IMG/VR virus record: IMGVR_UViG_3300021197_001635
Span: 64,001-128,000 of that record
Source: a virus
Strand: one strand, 5' to 3'
DNA: 64,000 bases
Shown here in pieces: positions 58,933 through 64,000 of the stretch (position 1 is its first letter; the number at the start of each line of letters is the position of its first letter). The position numbers and the translations under genes were made by a program. The notes beneath the pieces were generated by a model, which saw nothing but the letters and a program-made list of their open reading frames with translations, did no database searches and was not told the origin of the DNA.

Positions 58933-59663
58933 CTAACATCTGCGGTAACACCAGCAATAGTTACAACGTTGCATGCAGTTCCATGACTGACCTCTAAGAA
59001 TATAGTATCTAGAGGGAGCAATGGGTATGCATTATTAGTTGATGCCCCTGTCGGACCTCCAACATATACCACATTGGTGGAATCGAAGTTAGTAACCCTA
59101 ACACCACTTAAGAATGCTAGCTCACATAAGGGTTGACCCATTCCAGTTCCAGCACAAGCGCCATGGTTGCCGAAAACTATACCAGCAGGAGCGGCAACCG
59201 TAACCACATCCACGTTGCCTATATTGTTGTCACTAGGTAGAATTTTAACATCACCAGTGACCCCTACGATTGTACCACTCTTTATAGATTGGATCTCGGT
59301 GTGTAGTGTGACACCGCTTTCTATAGACTGGATGTGCATCGAAGCACCATTGATATGATGGAGAGTACCACCACCAATAGTGATTCCTATCACCGTAAGT
59401 GCTGCACCACCAGAAATGGAGACTGGCACTGCCATAGTTCCCAGAGTATTACCTCTAACTGGTACATAAGGCATGCCAGTGTTAGGTGAATACTTAACGG
59501 GGATGGGGGTCGAATCTCCCAGAAGGGAATCAACGCCATCAGCACCTGTGTTGATCTTAATTACTTGAAAATGCTTTCCTGTAGAGGTGTGCAGATCCGT
59601 TGCTATGGTTGCTCCAGAAGGTGAGCTGGATACTACCTGAATGTTGTCAGAGGTAATGGTCAT
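58917..59663 (-). CDS. Putative virion structural protein
   Basis: GATIATD..HFQVIK; beta-rich; GGAG RBS. Confidence 0.6.
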   Translation of the reverse strand: MTITSDNIQVVSSSPSGATIATDLHTSTGKHFQVIKINTGADGVDSLLGDSTPIPVKYSPNTGMPYVPVRGNTLGTMAVPVSISGGAALTVIGITIGGGTLHHINGASMHIQSIESGVTLHTEIQSIKSGTIVGVTGDVKILPSDNNIGNVDVVTVAAPAGIVFGNHGACAGTGMGQPLCELAFLSGVRVTNFDSTNVVYVGGPTGASTNNAYPLLPLDTIFLEVSHGTACNVVTIAGVTADVRWIAT

Positions 59664-59760
59664 TTGGTTATATTCTCCCTAGGGCAATTGACATGGGTCT
59701 GTTCATTTTTATATATAAGAGGTGGGAAGTGGTAAATGTTTCATTATGGGGGCTTCTAGA

Positions 59761-59988
59761 ATGGAAATAATAGAAGAAGGCTTAGAATTTTGTAAAATGG
59801 TAGAGTCCTTGATTCTAGAGGAGACTTTCGATAACTATATCGACGCCGTTCTTCATCTATGTGAAGAGATTAATATAGAGCCTTTTGTAGCCGCAAAATT
59901 CCTCACAAAGCCTATTAAAGAGAAAATCAAAAAAGAAGGGCAAGATATCAATCTCCTGCCCAAGAAGACTAGGCTGCCCATGAAATGA
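59761..59988 (+). CDS. 33: Late-transcription coactivator gp33
   Basis: YIDAVLHLCEE..IE..LTKPIKEKI..INLLPK; adjacent to gp32. Confidence 0.85.
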   Translation: MEIIEEGLEFCKMVESLILEETFDNYIDAVLHLCEEINIEPFVAAKFLTKPIKEKIKKEGQDINLLPKKTRLPMK

Positions 59989-59999
59989 TGGGATATATA

Positions 60000-60028
60000 T
60001 TGACGGAATCCAGCCTCCGTGGTATAAT
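60000..60028 (+). promoter_or_regulatory. Sigma70-type promoter of gene 32
   Basis: TTGACG-17-TATAAT. Confidence 0.75.
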
Positions 60029-60076
60029 AATAAAATACTCAGTCACACAAAACGCATTATATAAAGGAAATGCACC

Positions 60077-60982
60077 ATGAGTTTTAGTAACATGAAGAAG
60101 TCATCAGGCGACAACAGCCGCATGATGGAAGAACTTAACAAGATCAGCACTGGTGAATCTGCCAGTTACAAGGATGATCGATTCTGGAAGCCTGAACGAG
60201 ACAAATCCGATAACGGATTTGCAGTAATTCGGTTCCTCCCACCAGTAGACGGTGAGGACACACCTTGGGTACGGATGTTCTCCCATGGTTTCAAGGGCAA
60301 GGGCGGATGGTTCATCGAGAACTGCCCAACCACCATCGGTCGCAAGTGTCCTCTTTGCGAGGCTAACAGCGAACTGTGGAACAGTGGTCTCGAATCTGAC
60401 AAGGATGTTGCACGCAACCGAAAGCGACGACTCAGTTATATCTCCAATATTATGGTGATCAGCGACCCCAAGAATCCGCAGAATGAAGGAAAGGTCTTCC
60501 TCTACAAGTTCGGTAAGAAGATCTTCGATAAGGTAATGGAATCTCTTCAACCAGAATTCGCTGATGAAGAGGCAGTGAACCCATTCGACTTCTGGAAGGG
60601 TGCTAACTTCAAGCTCAAGATTCGCAAGGTGGCAGGATTTGTCAACTACGACAAGAGCGAATTCGATGCACCCTCACCCATCCTCGATGGAGACGATGAA
60701 AAGCTGGAAGAACTGTGGGGCAAGCAGTACCCTCTTCAACCAGAGGTCGCCGAAGATAAGTTCAAGAGTTATGATGAGCTTAAGTCACGTCTAATGCAGG
60801 TCCTAGGAGGCGGTTCGTCCCGTGCTAAGACTGCAGAAGAGATGACCGACATCGGGGAGAACACTAATAACAAGACTGAAGATACTTCTTCCGACACTAG
60901 TGCAGATGTGTACGAGTCTAGCAGCTCGGAAGGTGAAGATGATGCTTTGAGTTACTTCGAGAAGCTCGCTAGCGAAGATTGA
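60077..60982 (+). CDS. 32: ssDNA-binding protein gp32
   Basis: DDRFWKP, AVIRFLP, ENCPTT..CPLC, GKKIFDK, GANFKLKIR, NYDKSEF, acidic tail YFEKLA. Confidence 0.96.
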   Translation: MSFSNMKKSSGDNSRMMEELNKISTGESASYKDDRFWKPERDKSDNGFAVIRFLPPVDGEDTPWVRMFSHGFKGKGGWFIENCPTTIGRKCPLCEANSELWNSGLESDKDVARNRKRRLSYISNIMVISDPKNPQNEGKVFLYKFGKKIFDKVMESLQPEFADEEAVNPFDFWKGANFKLKIRKVAGFVNYDKSEFDAPSPILDGDDEKLEELWGKQYPLQPEVAEDKFKSYDELKSRLMQVLGGGSSRAKTAEEMTDIGENTNNKTEDTSSDTSADVYESSSSEGEDDALSYFEKLASED

Positions 60983-61013
60983 TTTAGATCGGTATCTTCA
61001 ACTTGTAAAGGTG

Positions 61014-61037
61014 GGAAGCCCTCTTCGGAGGGCTTCC
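61014..61037. terminator. Hairpin/terminator between convergent genes with cUUCGg loop
   Basis: GGAAGCCCTC-TTCG-GAGGGCTTCC. Confidence 0.75.
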
Positions 61038-61043
61038 TGCTTA

Positions 61044-63125
61044 TTATGCCATCTTCAACTTATGCTGTATCCCACTGCCAAGCCTCACCATCTTGCTTGG
61101 TGAAGGGTATGTGTTATTCTGGTTGCTTAGAACGGTGCTGGTCACTAAATTAGGTGCTGGGGCGGGTCTATTTGGAGCACCTCCAGAGAGATTGGACATC
61201 ATGCCCTGTAGTTGCACCTGTTGACCGCTGAGATTTTTGGATGCCTTAGCAAGGACCTCCGCAATGATGTCTGGTGCTCTGTTTAGGGGTAGCACTACCT
61301 CTGGACCTGCTTCTCCTAGAAGACTTCTAACTGGTCCTTTCACTAGACCACCCTTTGCGAAGGGAACATCGCTTGGAAGTTCATGCCACTGTTTACCCAT
61401 GAAAGCCTTGCCACCACCCATTGAGGTCCACTTTGAGCCTGGTCTACTACCATAATACTCTTGCATTTCTGGGTAGAGTACATCATCAAATGCGCCGTTT
61501 AGGAATAGTTTATTATCACCATCGTAGGTAACATCGTGCCCTGCCCATTCCGATAAAAGGGGGAAAGCATCCCTAAGTTTTTCACTATCAGAATGGTATA
61601 GAGTTTTCCCTCCTCCTAACACGTCTGAAGAAATGCCCTCTAATCTATCCCATTCTGTTTCGGCATTTTCTAGAACACCTGCTGCTGTATAAGATGCTGC
61701 TTTTGCAGATTCTTTATCTTTGTATTTCCTACTTATCAGATTGTGCATTTGTTGTTCCATATCGAAAAAGGCCTGTGCAGCCCTCATAATATGTTGTTTT
61801 CTCGTTGCTGCGGCCCTTTCTTCTGCAGAGATACCTCTCTGTTCTCCAGTTTCTTCATCTATTGTGAAACCAGATGACATTCTCGTCAGGGCCTGTCTCT
61901 CCTTTGCAGCTCTTTCCGCCCCCGCAAGTTGTTCTATGGTCATATCTTCCTTCAATCCACCCATTTTAGAAGTACCTTGTGCTGTCTGCATTGCTACAGC
62001 TGCTCTGATATTTCCTTCTTTCATAAGTGCTTCAACAGTTTGACCTTTGGATTCTGCATACTGTGCTAGTTCAGACTGGGTGATGAATTCTTTACCATCA
62101 AATGCTTTTGCTAGCTCATCGTTTGATCTGTAGACCTTTTCTCTTCCTTTTTCAGTCATTACTGTGACTTCTTTGGCAACGTTCCTAGATGCCTCATTAG
62201 CACCCTCCCGCTCCATCTTATAGTAATCATCTATCCAAGGTCCAACAAGATTCTTATATAACCAATCTCCTGCCGCAAAACCCAGTAGTCCAGCACCAGC
62301 AATCAGACCCAAAGGTGAAGTTAGGAGACTAAGCGCTCCCTTGGCAAGAACCCCACCTACTCCCAGAATGCCAGTTAATCCACTCATCAGGAGACTGCCG
62401 CTACCAAATAGCATAGTACCTATCGCTGGTAAAAAGCCTTTTAGACCCCCTATTATCAGGCCTGGTAGTGCTGATACACCGAGAAGCAAAGATGAGAAGA
62501 AACCCCCACCTTCGTCTGGTCTATTGGCAATCACCGACTTATTGATTTTATTCAGTTTCTCGCCCAGACCCTCAAATAGTGATTGTCTCTTCTCTTGGTC
62601 GTCTGCCCTAGCCTTCTGCCCTTCTTTTTCAGCCTCTTTACCAGACAAACTAGAGGCAGGAGTCTTCTTACTTGCCAACATTTTGCCGCTTGGTCGGTTT
62701 CCTAAGGCCTTATTAATGGCAGTTATATCTTTTACAATGCTCTTTCTATCTTTTCTACTTACGGTTGCTAACTTCTTGATGCTATCTGCATACTGATCTA
62801 GAGCCTGAGCACCCTCACCCAGACCCTTACCACCACTGAATTTCTTAATAGAAATACCTATGGTATCCATGGTATTCACTACATTTTTACGCTCTTTTTT
62901 GCCTATCTTGGCTAATTTTTCTACACCATCTCCCAGACCATCCATCCCCTGAACGCTAGCACTTGTATCTTTCCCATTCATCTTTTTAGCGAACTTAGTC
63001 AAACTATCAGATAGATAGGCTAGATTCTTACTAGCGCTCTTTGTTTCGGACTTGCTGATCTTACCTAGCTTGGATATAGCATCTGATAGATCATTGATGT
63101 CTCTTGGATTGGGTTTGTCTGCCAT
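61044..63125 (-). CDS. Tape-measure/baseplate-hub-like protein (gp29 position)
   Basis: Helical repeats, Gly/Leu-rich hydrophobic stretch, FAKGGLV..GEAGPEVVLPL; downstream of 26/51. Confidence 0.7.
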   Translation of the reverse strand: MADKPNPRDINDLSDAISKLGKISKSETKSASKNLAYLSDSLTKFAKKMNGKDTSASVQGMDGLGDGVEKLAKIGKKERKNVVNTMDTIGISIKKFSGGKGLGEGAQALDQYADSIKKLATVSRKDRKSIVKDITAINKALGNRPSGKMLASKKTPASSLSGKEAEKEGQKARADDQEKRQSLFEGLGEKLNKINKSVIANRPDEGGGFFSSLLLGVSALPGLIIGGLKGFLPAIGTMLFGSGSLLMSGLTGILGVGGVLAKGALSLLTSPLGLIAGAGLLGFAAGDWLYKNLVGPWIDDYYKMEREGANEASRNVAKEVTVMTEKGREKVYRSNDELAKAFDGKEFITQSELAQYAESKGQTVEALMKEGNIRAAVAMQTAQGTSKMGGLKEDMTIEQLAGAERAAKERQALTRMSSGFTIDEETGEQRGISAEERAAATRKQHIMRAAQAFFDMEQQMHNLISRKYKDKESAKAASYTAAGVLENAETEWDRLEGISSDVLGGGKTLYHSDSEKLRDAFPLLSEWAGHDVTYDGDNKLFLNGAFDDVLYPEMQEYYGSRPGSKWTSMGGGKAFMGKQWHELPSDVPFAKGGLVKGPVRSLLGEAGPEVVLPLNRAPDIIAEVLAKASKNLSGQQVQLQGMMSNLSGGAPNRPAPAPNLVTSTVLSNQNNTYPSPSKMVRLGSGIQHKLKMA

Positions 63126-63126
63126 T

Positions 63127-63288
63127 TTATTTCATCCCTGCTGTCATTGCCTCTTTGGCCTGTTTCTGTTTTTCCATCTCTTGTATAACCAATGTTAGGT
63201 ATATTTGCCTTTCCCATGGGATCAGATTCTCAATCATTTCAAGAGGCATTCTATGATAGTACATTAGATTAAAATTGGAACGTATCAT
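63127..63288 (-). CDS. 51: gp51-like baseplate hub assembly protein, probably the -1 frameshift extension of gp26
   Basis: NFNLMYYH..IENLIPWERQIY; absent from the ORF track. Confidence 0.8.
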   Translation of the reverse strand: MIRSNFNLMYYHRMPLEMIENLIPWERQIYLTLVIQEMEKQKQAKEAMTAGMK

Positions 63289-63314
63289 GCCTTCTAGAGT
63301 GTCATGACAAAGGC

Positions 63315-64000
63315 TTAACCAAAAAAATTCTCTATCCCTTCCACATCTATCGAGTCTTTATGTCCACATGCTGGGCATTTATATTCAACTGTCTTCTCCA
63401 GCTTGGGCATGGTCTCGAAAAAATTGGACAACTTATCAAAATTTTCCTTGGTTAGTTCGTCGACGAACCCCTTTAGTTCTTCATCTGTGAAGTCTTTCCT
63501 ACTATAAACAGTCTTCTCATCATATACACTGTCGATGCAATCAACTAGTATATTCATCGCTAACTGGGACTCGTCGTCGCTCTTTTGAATATTGGGACCT
63601 ACGTCCTCTAGACTGGGGTATTTCATCATCACTCCCACCCCGTCAGATAGCAATATATTTGTGTCGTGATCTTCTTTCTTCACAATTTTTATCTCAGACA
63701 GGTCCACTGGCACTTCAAATTTATTTTTGCATTCAGAGCACACCATCGAAGGCTTGACTACTTCTCCTATCGATTTCGATCTGATTTGCAAGAAGCAGTA
63801 CTCGATGTCAAATATAGGCATCCCTCTCACTGCTTCCTTATCATAGTCTTCTAAGCAAGATGCTACTGATTCTACCACAGAATTAATTTTAGAATCAGTA
63901 TCTCCTGCCTCCATTGCCATATGTAACACCTTCTCCTCTTTCACTAGGAAAGGTCTGAAATTCACATTCTTGCCGTCTGATGGCATAGACATACTATAGG
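63315..64000 (-). CDS. 26: gp26-like baseplate hub/assembly protein, 5'-truncated
   Basis: FRPFLVKEEK, FDIEYCFLQIRSKSIGE, MKYPS, FFETMPKL, CPACG..EGIENFF. Confidence 0.9.
   Translation of the reverse strand, partial: YSMSMPSDGKNVNFRPFLVKEEKVLHMAMEAGDTDSKINSVVESVASCLEDYDKEAVRGMPIFDIEYCFLQIRSKSIGEVVKPSMVCSECKNKFEVPVDLSEIKIVKKEDHDTNILLSDGVGVMMKYPSLEDVGPNIQKSDDESQLAMNILVDCIDSVYDEKTVYSRKDFTDEELKGFVDELTKENFDKLSNFFETMPKLEKTVEYKCPACGHKDSIDVEGIENFFG

Overview
64-kb segment of a large T4-like myophage genome. It carries gp43 polymerase, UvsX, gp41, gp61, gp32, gp33 and gp26/gp51, sigma70-type early promoters, TATAAATA late promoters and five tRNAs. A porin with a Phycisphaerales-type N-terminus and a PAPG-type PEP-CTERM tail suggest a Planctomycetota host (inference). 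Main observations: (1) a PurZ-type synthetase (GSTGKG and NFxN signatures) coupled to an NMP kinase, plus IMPDH, an adenine/adenosine deaminase, GSII and a possible MazG-like protein next to a family-B polymerase, i.e. a possible 2-aminoadenine (Z) DNA pathway in a T4-like phage; (2) a ~20-kb array of ORFs sharing T4 internal-protein-like leaders (MKSFKQ(F/Y)xxE) fused to varied cargo: a nuclease, a PAP2 enzyme, polyproteins and many Pro/Gly/Trp/acidic low-complexity proteins, with a cytidyltransferase-RimK-RimB fusion embedded; (3) a MoxR/CobS AAA+ gene and a VWA gene 30 kb apart with the same upstream DNA cassette; (4) a probable -1 frameshift joining gp26 and gp51; (5) several structured non-coding RNA candidates. 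All calls come from motif recognition by eye; no database search was run.
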